From: Rhodospirillales bacterium | GTDB lineage: Bacteria > Pseudomonadota > Alphaproteobacteria > Rhodospirillales > Shumkoniaceae | Direction of reading: 5' to 3' | Length of the DNA: 64,000 nt | NCBI GenBank assembly: GCA_028281785.1 | Contig: JANQJG010000111.1 | Span: 4,601-68,600 of the forward strand | Shown here: positions 11,159 to 19,872 of the stretch, piece after piece | How positions within the stretch are numbered: position 1 is the first letter of the stretch | How the letters are laid out: every line of letters starts with the position of its first letter | The notes under the pieces: generated by a model | Seen by the model: the letters and a program-made list of their open reading frames with translations, nothing else | What the model was told of the DNA's origin: nothing | The model's database searches: none | Made by a program: the position numbers and the translations under genes

Positions 11159-13096
11159 TTAGAAGCCGAAGCCGACATGCTTGCTGTTACTCCGCTGCAA
11201 GTTATGGAAGCGAGACATGGCAAGCATGGGAAAGAACAGGCGATATCCATCGTACTTCAGGTAATAGACGCGCGGGAAGCCGACCGCGTTGTATGACCGT
11301 TCCTTCCACTCTCCGTTCTCGTTCTGGCTGCTTTGCAGATAGGCCACTCCCCGGCGGACAGCCGGATGGTCGGTTTCTCCCGCCGCCATGAGGCCGAGCA
11401 TCGCCCAGGCTGTCTGCGACGGCAGGCTCTCCGCGTTTTCGACGTATCCGCCCGCCTCGTAGCTGCGCTCGTCTTCACCCCAGCCTCCGTCGGCGCGTTG
11501 TATGGAAACCAGCCAGTCCACGGCCCGGCGCACCATCGGATCGTCATGCGGCACATCGGCAGCGTTCAAAGCGCACAATACCGACCAGGTGCCATAGATG
11601 TAATTGGTGCCCCAGCGTCCGAACCAGCTGCCGTCGGCCTCCTGTTCGGCACGCAGGTAAGCCAACGCACGCTCGATGACCGGGCGGTCCTCGGCGTGAC
11701 CCAGTTGCGCCAGCAGGGAGATGCAGCGCCCGGTGACGTCGGCCGTGGGCGGGTCGAGCAGAGCCCCATGATCGGCGAACGGGATCTGATTGAGGATATC
11801 GCGGTCGTTATCTGCGTCGAACGCACCCCAGCCGCCACTTCGGCTCTGCATGCCCACGATCCAGTCCCGCGCCTTTTCGACTGCAGCGGCATGCTCGGAT
11901 CGTCCGTTGCGATTGAGCAACATGGCCACCACGGCCGTATCGTCCACGTCGGGGTAATAGTCGTTGCGATATTGGAAGGCCCAGCCGCCGGGCCGAGCCG
12001 AAGGCCGGGTTTCGGCCCAGTCCCCGCGTAAGGTCGTGATTTGACGGGCCGCCAGCCAATCGCAGGCGGCATCGAGGTTTTTTTGTGCGTCGAGGCATCC
12101 ACCACGGCTCGCCTCGATCATCGCGTGACCGGACAGGGCCGTGTCCCAGACGGGTGACATGCAGGGTTGGCAGTAAACCTCCGCGTCCGTCTCCACCAGC
12201 ATCTTGTCGATGGCGCTCCACATCGTGACGCAACGGGAATCGTCGGCGGAACATCCGAGGGCGTCGTACATCATCAGGGCGTAAGCCATGGCCGGATAGA
12301 TCGCGCCAAGGCCGTCCTCGCCGTTCAAGCGTTCATCCACGAAGTCGACCGCCTTGGCGATGGCGCTCGCGCGGGCCACCTTCGAGAAGAGGGGCTCGGT
12401 CCACCGCAGGGCGGTATCGATGAGCTTGAAGACGTATCCCCAGCGGGAGCGATAGGGGCCTCGGATCCAGTCCCGGATCTGGGCCGGCGGCGTCCGGAAG
12501 ATCTCGCCGAAGGTAACGCGGCGCGGATTGCGGGCGCATGGACGCAGCGCCTGGACGACGAGAAGCGGCACCACGCAGGTCCGGGCCCAGTAGGACATCG
12601 CCCAGATGTTGAAGAAGAACCACTTGGGCAGATGCATGATCTCGACTGGCATCACCGGCACGCCCCGCCACGGGATGGCGCCGAACAGGGCCAGTTGTAT
12701 CCGCGTGAAGACGTTGGAGCGTTCGGCCCCCCCATGGGCAAGGATCGCCTCGCGCGCCCGCGCCATGTGCGGCTCGTCCGGATGATCGCCAAGCGCCTTC
12801 AGGGCGCAGTAAGCCTTGACGCTGGCGGACAGGTTGAACTCGCCGGCATGGAACAGGGGCCACCCGCCGTGCTCGCCCTGGCCCCTTCGCAGGTACACGC
12901 CGATTTTGCGCTGCCGTTCCGGCGTGATGCGGTCCATGTAGTGTTCCAGGAGCACGTACTCAGCCGGGATCGTGGCGTCCCCCTCCAGTTCGAACACCCA
13001 GTGGCCGCTACGCTTTTGCAGACGCCGCAGCGCGCCACCGGCACGCGCGATGGCGCGCATGACGTCCACTGTGGAGAAACGAGGCTCCGTATTCAT
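11159..13096 (-). CDS. shc: Squalene-hopene cyclase
   Basis: Catalytic YPDVDDTAVV (DxDDTA) motif and repeated QW motifs (GGWG.., DGSWFGRWG, DGGWGE, NGEW). ATG at 13096 (MNTEPRF...) is preferred; the ORF-track start at 13213 would overlap the TetR gene. Confidence 0.9.
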   Translation of the reverse strand: MNTEPRFSTVDVMRAIARAGGALRRLQKRSGHWVFELEGDATIPAEYVLLEHYMDRITPERQRKIGVYLRRGQGEHGGWPLFHAGEFNLSASVKAYCALKALGDHPDEPHMARAREAILAHGGAERSNVFTRIQLALFGAIPWRGVPVMPVEIMHLPKWFFFNIWAMSYWARTCVVPLLVVQALRPCARNPRRVTFGEIFRTPPAQIRDWIRGPYRSRWGYVFKLIDTALRWTEPLFSKVARASAIAKAVDFVDERLNGEDGLGAIYPAMAYALMMYDALGCSADDSRCVTMWSAIDKMLVETDAEVYCQPCMSPVWDTALSGHAMIEASRGGCLDAQKNLDAACDWLAARQITTLRGDWAETRPSARPGGWAFQYRNDYYPDVDDTAVVAMLLNRNGRSEHAAAVEKARDWIVGMQSRSGGWGAFDADNDRDILNQIPFADHGALLDPPTADVTGRCISLLAQLGHAEDRPVIERALAYLRAEQEADGSWFGRWGTNYIYGTWSVLCALNAADVPHDDPMVRRAVDWLVSIQRADGGWGEDERSYEAGGYVENAESLPSQTAWAMLGLMAAGETDHPAVRRGVAYLQSSQNENGEWKERSYNAVGFPRVYYLKYDGYRLFFPMLAMSRFHNLQRSNSKHVGFGF

Positions 13097-13178
13097 ATCG
13101 TGACCCTGGTTGTCTGGAGTGAGCTTGGCGTCAGGGCAGGCGCCGCCGGTTGCTCTTCTGCGCGACCGGCTGGACCCG

Positions 13179-13712
13179 TCAGAACAGGTCCATGAGATCA
13201 TCGAAGACGCCATCCCATTCGGCTTGGCTCATCTCCACCAAGCCGAGGCTACGCAGAAAGAACGCGCCTTCGGCCGCGAAGAGAACTGCCCGCGCCCGGC
13301 GTTCCGCCTCGGATTCCGGATCGAGCTTACCGATCCACCTGGCGTACCATTCCTGCACCCGCCCACGGTGTTTCGGCGACCGCAGCAACGTTACGAGCAT
13401 GCCGACCATCTTGGCTTGCGTCGTCTCGTCCAACCGGCTGCAGGTGACGACGTAACCGCGGGCCCGTTGCAGGTGGTCCGGATCCGATCCCGCGTTCCTG
13501 GCCACCTCGGCATCGAAAGCCATGGCCCAGCGCTCTACGATGGCGGCGATCAGGTCGTCCTTGGTCCCGAAACAGTATTGCACGCCACCCTTCGTGATGC
13601 CGGCCGCCTTCGCAACGGCATCGATCGTCAGCGCCACCGGTCCATGCCGGCATACGATACCCTCGGCGGCGTCCAAGACCCTATCGCGGTCGATGGTTCT
13701 CCGGCGTCCCAT
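13179..13712 (-). CDS. TetR/AcrR family transcriptional regulator
   Basis: N-terminal HTH: RDRVLDAAEGIVCRHGPVALTIDAVAKAAGITKGGVQYCFGTKDDL. ATG at 13712 is preceded by AAGGAGGTG. The gene lies 82 nt upstream of shc on the same strand. Confidence 0.85.
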   Translation of the reverse strand: MGRRRTIDRDRVLDAAEGIVCRHGPVALTIDAVAKAAGITKGGVQYCFGTKDDLIAAIVERWAMAFDAEVARNAGSDPDHLQRARGYVVTCSRLDETTQAKMVGMLVTLLRSPKHRGRVQEWYARWIGKLDPESEAERRARAVLFAAEGAFFLRSLGLVEMSQAEWDGVFDDLMDLF

Positions 13713-13758
13713 CACACCTCCTTTTAAATACATACATATGTATTTAAAAGGAGGTGTG
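13713..13758. promoter_or_regulatory. 46-bp palindrome (21-4-21) abutting the TetR start codon; operator and/or SD-sequestering hairpin
   Basis: CACACCTCCTTTTAAATACAT (13713-13733), ACAT, ATGTATTTAAAAGGAGGTGTG (13738-13758). The arms are exact reverse complements. On the minus strand the proximal arm carries the SD of the TetR gene and the distal arm is its perfect complement. Confidence 0.6.
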
Positions 13759-13822
13759 AACAACCGCAATGGTCTTCTTGGGCATGTTGGCGGTAGATCC
13801 CTCGGGGCTTCTCAAACAGGCC

Positions 13823-14089
13823 CTAACCCGGATAAGGACAGTCTTGGCGGCCGCAATGCCGGGGCCGCTCCGCCGGCACGTAGTCGCCGCAGGTCGGGCA
13901 GCGGACCATGTCCTCGGTCTTGGTGGTCTCGGCCCGCGCCCTGCCCACGGTGCGGCGACGCTTGCGGCCCATTCGCCCTCCCTGGGCGTTCCGCTGGGCC
14001 TGGATGCGCCCCAGCCATTTCCAGCCATAGAGAACGGCGAAGATGACCGCGGCCGTGAACAGGATCTTTGTGATGCTTAAGCCAAACAT
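13823..14089 (-). CDS. Small membrane-anchored protein with C-terminal Cys4 (zinc-ribbon-like) motif
   Basis: 88 aa. It has an N-terminal TM helix (ITKILFTAAVIFAVLYGW), an Arg/Lys-rich linker, and C-terminal CPTCGDY..(9)..HCGRQDC. Codons are GC3-rich. No clear SD is present. Confidence 0.55.
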   Translation of the reverse strand: MFGLSITKILFTAAVIFAVLYGWKWLGRIQAQRNAQGGRMGRKRRRTVGRARAETTKTEDMVRCPTCGDYVPAERPRHCGRQDCPYPG

Positions 14090-14134
14090 TTCAAAGCGTT
14101 CTATACGGAATCTGAGATTCTATATGAATTATTC

Positions 14135-14998
14135 TCACAGGCCGTAGCGCCCCCAGAACAGCCGCTCCTCGATCGCGGAGACGGCCTGCGACGCCCAGTC
14201 CTCGGGCAGCGGGCCGCCTTCGCCAGAGGAAGCGAAACGCAGACGGCGCCGCAGCCAGGTCCGGTCGCCCCCGACCAGACGAAGGTTGACGCGCTCGCCG
14301 AACCGCTCCCTCATGACCGTGCGCAGGTCGCCGAGACCATCGATGAGCCCCGTCTCCACGGCGTGCCGGCCGGTCCAGAAGGCGCCGCTGAACAGGTCTT
14401 CCTCCGCCGCCTTGAGGCGGTCGCCGCGGCGCTCGCGCACCAGGCGCTTGAACGCCTCGTGGATGTCGTCCTGAAGGGCGCGCAGATGCTCGACATCCTC
14501 GTGCTGCTCCCTCTGAAACGGGTCCAGCATCGCCTTGCGCGTGCCGGCGGTGTGCAGCCGCCTCTCCACGCCGAGCCGGCGGAGCAGTTCGTGGAAGCCG
14601 AAGCCGCCGCTGACGACGCCGATCGATCCGATGATCGACGCCTCGTGGGCGAAGATCTCGTCGGCCGCGCAGGCCAGCCAGTAACCGCCGGAGGCCGCCA
14701 CGTCCTCGGCGAAGGCGAAGACCGGGATCTCCTTCTCCTCCGCGAGCGCGCGGATTCGGGTGGCGATCAGCGCCGACTGGACCGGCGATCCGCCCGGGGA
14801 GTTGATGGCCAGGGCGACCGCCGAAAGATGTCGGAGCTTGAAGGCCCGCTCGAGGGCGCCCGCGAGCCCGGCCAGCGTCAGGCCGCGGCGAAGGCCGCCC
14901 ATCTGGCCGATGACCCCGGTCAGGCGAACGACTCCGACGACGGGTCGGGTTTCCCTCACCCGCCGGATGGGAACGAGTTGGCGCAATCTTGTCATCAC
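14135..14998 (-). CDS. S49 family serine peptidase (SppA/SohB-like)
   Basis: 287 aa. AVALAINSPGGSPVQS and ASGGYWLACAADEIFA match S49 signal-peptide-peptidase motifs. The start is GTG at 14998 or ATG at 14995. Confidence 0.85.
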   Translation of the reverse strand: MMTRLRQLVPIRRVRETRPVVGVVRLTGVIGQMGGLRRGLTLAGLAGALERAFKLRHLSAVALAINSPGGSPVQSALIATRIRALAEEKEIPVFAFAEDVAASGGYWLACAADEIFAHEASIIGSIGVVSGGFGFHELLRRLGVERRLHTAGTRKAMLDPFQREQHEDVEHLRALQDDIHEAFKRLVRERRGDRLKAAEEDLFSGAFWTGRHAVETGLIDGLGDLRTVMRERFGERVNLRLVGGDRTWLRRRLRFASSGEGGPLPEDWASQAVSAIEERLFWGRYGL

Positions 14999-15095
14999 CG
15001 GGCAGGGTAGCGGCGGAATGTATCCTCCCGCAAGCGGGCATCACGCATTCAGTCGGCGTCATGTCGACCAAATGTCAACCGGATGTCATCTCCTT

Positions 15096-15887
15096 TCAGG
15101 GCAGATTCAGGGCCTCGCCATGGCGCAAAACGGCTTCGGCCTCGGGGGTATAGGCCCCTTTGCTCCCGTGAAGCACGAGGCCAGGCGCTATCCTCAAGGG
15201 GGCCCGCACGGCCTTGCGCGCGCGGATGATCACCCGCTTCGCCGGGGCCGTCAGCGGCCCCGGCCACAGCGGGAAGACCACGATTTCCCCCGCCTCTCGC
15301 CGCAGGGCGGCGAGGATCTCGTCCAGCCGATCGGCCCGATGAACCAGCGTGATCCGCCCCTTCGGCCGAAGCATGCGCAGGCAGAAGCGAAGCCACCCCT
15401 CGAGCCCCATGGCGTCCTCGACACTCGCCCGCGCCTTGGAGGCGTCCGGCGGGATGCGCTCCCGTCCCGGAACGCCGAACGGAGGATTTGTCATAACCTG
15501 ATCGAACGAGTTCGGCGTCAGCTCAATCGGCGGGTCGTGGATGTCGCCCCCCAAAAAGGTGACGCGGTCCGCGAGGCCATTGGCCTCCGCATTGGCCCGG
15601 GCCAGCTCCACAAGCTCGTTCTGCACATCGATCCCGACGACCGATATCCCGCGCAGCCGGGTCGCGAGACAGAGCGCGGCCACCCCCGTGCCGCAACCGA
15701 CGTCAAGGACGGTTTGGCCTGGCGAGGCATCGACCGCCGCAGCCAGAAGCACGGGATCGATGGCCACGCGATATCCTTTTTCGGGCTGAAGAAGGCAAAC
15801 ACGCCCGCCCAGCAGATGATTACGGGTTACGCCGAGATCCCGCTCGCCCGCCGCGCGAGCCAAGCCATCAGGCCTGTGCGTCGCCAT
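15096..15887 (-). CDS. SAM-dependent methyltransferase, tRNA1(Val) m6A37 (TrmN6/YfiC)-like
   Basis: VLDVGCGTGVAALCLA (motif I) and VMTNPPF (NPPF amino-methyltransferase motif). Confidence 0.7.
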   Translation of the reverse strand: MATHRPDGLARAAGERDLGVTRNHLLGGRVCLLQPEKGYRVAIDPVLLAAAVDASPGQTVLDVGCGTGVAALCLATRLRGISVVGIDVQNELVELARANAEANGLADRVTFLGGDIHDPPIELTPNSFDQVMTNPPFGVPGRERIPPDASKARASVEDAMGLEGWLRFCLRMLRPKGRITLVHRADRLDEILAALRREAGEIVVFPLWPGPLTAPAKRVIIRARKAVRAPLRIAPGLVLHGSKGAYTPEAEAVLRHGEALNLP

Positions 15888-16101
15888 CGTTCCGACGAAT
15901 GCACTCGGCTTGGTGCAATATCCATCGCGCCTTGTGATACACGGTGTCGTGCACCATCACCCGCCTTTGAATGGCCGAGATGCTTCCTTCCAGAACAGCC
16001 GTATGGGAGTCGAGAACGACCGCCTCGATTCCGGCATCGGCCAGAGCCGCCGATAGCCAAGAGAGGAACACGGGATCGTTCGAGCGCACTAATTCTATCA
16101 T
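15868..16101 (-). CDS. DUF2007-like small protein (putative signal-transducing domain)
   Basis: 77 aa. MIELVRSNDPVFLSWLSAALADAGIEAVVLD resembles DUF2007 proteins. It overlaps the downstream methyltransferase gene by 20 nt. Confidence 0.55.
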   Translation of the reverse strand: MIELVRSNDPVFLSWLSAALADAGIEAVVLDSHTAVLEGSISAIQRRVMVHDTVYHKARWILHQAECIRRNDGDAQA

Positions 16102-16182
16102 AGAATCAATCGACTCCGAGACGTTATTCTATCTTCATCTCAATTATCTTCAAGCACTCAACTTGACACGCCGCCTCCAGGG

Positions 16183-17271
16183 TTGACCAAGCGCGCTGGC
16201 CGTTCCTATGCTCCCCATTGCCCAGACAAACGTCAAGCCGTCCGGAGTACCAAGTTGGGAATTGTTGTCAGCCTCAACGGCGAACGGGAACGCAAACCCA
16301 CGCTGGATCGGTTAGCGTCCCTCGTCGAGGAAGATCTTCGAGCCGTCAACGAGCTGATCGTTCAGCGCATGCACAGCCCGGTGGCGCTGATCCCCCAACT
16401 GGCCGGACATCTCGTCGCGGCGGGGGGCAAGCGCCTGCGGCCGATGATGACGCTGGCCTCGGCCAGGATGTGCGGCTATCCCGGGCGGCGGCACATCGCC
16501 CTGGCCGCTTGCGTGGAGTTCATTCACACGGCCACCCTGCTCCATGACGACGTCGTAGATCTCAGCGAACTCCGCCGTGGATTGGCCTCCGCGAACGCGG
16601 TTTGGGGCAACAAGACCAGTGTCCTCGTCGGCGACTTTCTGTTTTCTCGCGCCTTCGAATTGATGGTCGAGGACGGCTCGCTGGACGTTCTTTCGATCCT
16701 CTCGAAGGCGTCCTCGGTTATCGCCGAGGGCGAAGTCGCGCAACTCACGACCGCGAACGACACGGAGACGAGCGAGACCGCCTATCTGGACGTCATCCGC
16801 GCCAAGACGGCCCAGCTTTTCGCCGCCGCGTGTCGGATCGGCGCGATCATCGCGGACCGCCCCCGGGTGGAGCAGGAGGCGCTCGACAGCTACGGCATGA
16901 ATCTGGGCATTGCCTATCAGCTTGTTGACGATGTGCTCGACTATTCGGCAAAGCAGTCCGTCCTCGGCAAGGCCATCGGGGACGATTTTCGGGAGGGGAA
17001 GATCACGCTGCCGGTGGTGCTCGCCTATCGGCGGGGCTCCGCGCCGGAACGGGAGTTCTGGCGGCGGACCCTCGAGGATCTCAATCAACAGGAGGGGGAC
17101 CTCCAGCGCGCGATCGAACTCATGAATCACTATGACGCGCTGGCGGATACCGTCGAACGCGCCCGGCACTACGGCGCGATTGCGAGGGACGCTCTTGGCA
17201 TTTTTGCGGAGACCCCTGAAAAAGAAGCCTTTCTTGACCTTATCGACTTCACGATTCAGCGAAGCAACTGA
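16183..17271 (+). CDS. ispB: Polyprenyl (octaprenyl-type) diphosphate synthase
   Basis: First aspartate-rich motif LLHDDVVD and second YQLVDDVLD. The start is uncertain: the ORF-track start is a TTG and the true start may be up to ~25 codons downstream. Confidence 0.85.
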   Translation: MTKRAGRSYAPHCPDKRQAVRSTKLGIVVSLNGERERKPTLDRLASLVEEDLRAVNELIVQRMHSPVALIPQLAGHLVAAGGKRLRPMMTLASARMCGYPGRRHIALAACVEFIHTATLLHDDVVDLSELRRGLASANAVWGNKTSVLVGDFLFSRAFELMVEDGSLDVLSILSKASSVIAEGEVAQLTTANDTETSETAYLDVIRAKTAQLFAAACRIGAIIADRPRVEQEALDSYGMNLGIAYQLVDDVLDYSAKQSVLGKAIGDDFREGKITLPVVLAYRRGSAPEREFWRRTLEDLNQQEGDLQRAIELMNHYDALADTVERARHYGAIARDALGIFAETPEKEAFLDLIDFTIQRSN

Positions 17272-17442
17272 CAAGCCGACCGTTGCCTGGCGGCTTCCGG
17301 CTCCCGAAAGCCGCCCCCCACGTTAGGCACCAGAGCCGACAGTGCCGCCCGACGATCTTCTCGAGCCATTCACCATGGGCGAGTCGAGCGCCGGTTCTTG
17401 CCCTACCCCGCCCGTGGCGGTATAAACCCTTCTACAGCCGTA

Positions 17443-17519
17443 CGGGGCGTAGCTCAGCCTGGTAGAGCGCCATCTTCGGGAGGTGGAAGTCGCTGGTTCA
17501 AATCCAGTCGCCCCGACCA
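17443..17519 (+). tRNA. tRNA-Pro (anticodon CGG)
   Basis: Manual cloverleaf. Acceptor stem CGGGGCG/CGCCCCG, D-arm GCTC-AGCCTGGTA-GAGC, anticodon stem CCATC/GGTGG with loop TTCGGGA (U33, CGG, G37), T-arm GCTGG-TTCAAAT-CCAGT, and an encoded ACCA end. Length 77 nt. Confidence 0.93.
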
Positions 17520-17696
17520 GTTTTTGGTACGTTTGTGATCCCTTTTTTTTGTCAGCAATCGGCTGCACCCCCAATAGAAGACTTGTCGCGAGAGTTCATC
17601 GCTCCCTCGGTGATCGTAGGCCCTCAACCGAGGCCAAAGCGGGGATCTCTTCCGGCAGAATTGGGCGAAAAGTCCGATCGTTAGCAGGGAGAGCTC

Positions 17697-18830
17697 ATGC
17701 GTCACGCCATCATGGGTATCGTCATCGGCGTGGTCGTCGGCATCGTCATCGGCGCGACCATGCTTGCGCCGCGACTGCACGAGCGGCTGGATCGATCGGA
17801 TGAGGAAGCGTCCGAGCGCCTGCCCGCCCCCGAACTACCCAGGCTCGTCTCGCCGATCAGAGAGCCCGCAGTCCAATGGCGGATGGCAAGCGCGTTTCCG
17901 GGTTCCCTGCCGCAGTTGGGAAGGCAAGCTCGAAGAATCGAGGATATTGTCTGGCGCGTATCCGCCGGGGACATGGAGATCAGGTTCCTTGAACCCGACA
18001 CCCTTGTTCCGGTTGCGGAGATGTTCGATGCCGCCGCCGCCGGGGCCGTCGAGGCGGCGTTTGCTTCGCCGGCCCTCTGGTCCGGCCGTGAGCCGGCCTA
18101 TGATATCTTCGCCTCAGTCCCGTTTGGGCCTTCGGCGACGGAGTATCTCGCATGGATATACTCCGGTGGCGGCATGGAACTTTTTCAGACTCTCAATGAA
18201 CAGCAGAATGTACACGGGTTGATTTGCGGAATCGTCGTGCCGGAGGGGTCCGGTTGGTTTCGCGAAGCCATCCGATCGGTGGACGACCTTGCGGGGCTGC
18301 GCATGAGCTTCGTCGGAATCGGGGCCAGGGTCATGGAGAAGCTTGGCGTAGAAACGCGACCCCTTACCGGGGGCGATATCTTCGTTGCGCTTGAGAACGG
18401 CATAATCGACGGCGTCGAATACTCAACCCCGGCTATCGACCTGAAACTGGGCCTGCAGGAGGTTGTAAAGAACTACTACTTGCCGGGCTGGCACCAACCG
18501 ACGACCCTGATTAGCCTGATGGTCAACCTCAACGCGTGGGAATCGCTGTCCTCAACAGCCCAAACACGGCTTGAGGTGACCTGCGGGGACAATGTGCGGC
18601 TTGGTCTTGCGGAGGGCGAAGCGAACCAATTCAAGGCATTACAGAGAATGAATGCATCGGGTGTCGAGATTATTGTGTGGCCGCGGGAGATCCTGGTCGC
18701 GTTGGAAGCGGCGTGGACTGAAATTGTGGCCGAACAAGCCACCGCCAACGAGAACTTCCGAGAGGTCTGGAACTCGCTATCCGAGTTCCGCCGCGACTAC
18801 GCCATCTGGAAGGAATTGGGACATTTATAG
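17697..18830 (+). CDS. DctP-type (family 7) TRAP substrate-binding protein, orphan
   Basis: 377 aa. WRMASAFPGSLPQLG, GGDIFVALENGIIDGVEYSTPAIDLKLGLQEV and YYLPGWHQP are typical of TRAP DctP-family receptors. The N-terminus is a hydrophobic anchor (IMGIVIGVVVGIVIGATML). No DctQ/DctM gene is adjacent. Confidence 0.75.
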   Translation: MRHAIMGIVIGVVVGIVIGATMLAPRLHERLDRSDEEASERLPAPELPRLVSPIREPAVQWRMASAFPGSLPQLGRQARRIEDIVWRVSAGDMEIRFLEPDTLVPVAEMFDAAAAGAVEAAFASPALWSGREPAYDIFASVPFGPSATEYLAWIYSGGGMELFQTLNEQQNVHGLICGIVVPEGSGWFREAIRSVDDLAGLRMSFVGIGARVMEKLGVETRPLTGGDIFVALENGIIDGVEYSTPAIDLKLGLQEVVKNYYLPGWHQPTTLISLMVNLNAWESLSSTAQTRLEVTCGDNVRLGLAEGEANQFKALQRMNASGVEIIVWPREILVALEAAWTEIVAEQATANENFREVWNSLSEFRRDYAIWKELGHL

Positions 18831-18970
18831 CCGCATGGGCTTGCTGGAGCACTATTTGACCAAACGGAAATCTGGTGATTTCAGCGCAGTTTTGATTTGA
18901 GATACTGCCGGCCCGGCGTTGCGGGTGCGGGAGCGTTGAGCAGGCCGTACAAAAGGATCGTGGCAGCCGT

Positions 18971-19720
18971 GTGATGACCATTTCCTCGGAAGACGAGTTG
19001 GACGGCCTAAAACAGATCGGCGCGATCGTCGCACGCACGCTCAAGGTCATGATCGCCCAAGCCGAACCCGGCATGAGCACGCGCGAATTGGACGCGATCG
19101 GAGCGGAGCGGCTCTCGCTCGAAGGTGCACGTTCCGCTCCCGCCCTGAGCTACGGCTTTCCCGGCGCGACCTGCATCAGCGTGTTCCCCGCCATCGCCCA
19201 TGGCGTTCCCAATGAAACAGTGATTAAGCGGGGCGATCTAATCAATATCGATGTTTCTGCCGAGCGTGGCGGGTTTTTCGCCGATACCGGGGGAAGTTTC
19301 ATCCTGCATGGCGGTGATGGTAGAGCCGAAACCCTGTGCCGGGACGGGCGGCGTGCGCTGTGGGCGGGCATTCATAAGGTCAAGTCAGGCGCGCGCCTCG
19401 CCTCACCGGGTGAAGCCATCGAGGCGTTCGCCCGCAAGAATCGTTACTCTCTGATCCGCAATCTCGCGAGCCATGGGGTCGGCCGGTCCCTGCACGAGGA
19501 CCCGAAGAGCATCCCCATGTGGACCGATCATACTGAGCGGCGGCGCATCTGGCGCGGCCTAGTCTTTACGGTGGAACCCTTCCTGTCTCGAGGCGCGGAT
19601 TGGGCTGTGCAAGGCAACGACGGTTGGACGCTCTACGCTGACCAACCCGAGCCCACCGTGCAGTTCGAACATACTCTCGTGGCGACCGACCGCGGCGCGG
19701 TTATCGTGACGACCGCGTAG
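18971..19720 (+). CDS. map: Type I methionyl aminopeptidase (M24A)
   Basis: 249 aa with metal ligand contexts NIDVSAE, ASHGVG, FTVEP and FEHT. Confidence 0.85.
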   Translation: MMTISSEDELDGLKQIGAIVARTLKVMIAQAEPGMSTRELDAIGAERLSLEGARSAPALSYGFPGATCISVFPAIAHGVPNETVIKRGDLINIDVSAERGGFFADTGGSFILHGGDGRAETLCRDGRRALWAGIHKVKSGARLASPGEAIEAFARKNRYSLIRNLASHGVGRSLHEDPKSIPMWTDHTERRRIWRGLVFTVEPFLSRGADWAVQGNDGWTLYADQPEPTVQFEHTLVATDRGAVIVTTA

Positions 19721-19731
19721 TAGCTACGAGC

Positions 19732-19872
19732 CTAGAGCATTATGTCTTTAGGTGTACTCACCTGCGCCGGAGCGATTTTACGCCCCGGGCAGGAGGCGGG
19801 CGCGGCGCGCCTGGCGGATCGCCTCCCCAGGGCACAACGCAGATGGGTAGACCTAAAGACATAGTGCTCTAG
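19732..19872. repeat. ~140-bp palindromic (MITE/REP-like or long-hairpin) element between convergent genes
   Basis: Terminal inverted repeats CTAGAGCATTATGTCTTTAGGT (19732-19753) and ACCTAAAGACATAGTGCTCTAG (19851-19872) match at 21 of 22 positions. Imperfect pairing continues inward, and there is an internal GC-rich hairpin (GGGCAGGAGGCG ... CGCCTCCCCAGGG). Confidence 0.6.

Noticed and set aside
13769-14080. A 103-aa plus-strand ORF preceded by the mirrored AAGGAGGTG of the 46-bp palindrome, which looks like a divergent gene with its own SD.
   Set aside because: The translation (MVFLGMLAVDPSGLLKQ...GLGGLGPRPAHGAATLAAH...) is featureless. It is exactly antisense to the 88-aa TM + Cys4 ORF, which has a coherent architecture. 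The SD-like sequence is simply a consequence of the palindrome.
17520-17560. The T-run (CCCTTTTTTTTG) after tRNA-Pro as an intrinsic terminator, and the tRNA as an island attachment site.
   Set aside because: No convincing GC stem precedes the T-run. I could find no integrase gene and no direct repeat of the tRNA 3' end by eye. The idea is kept only as a low-interest compositional observation.
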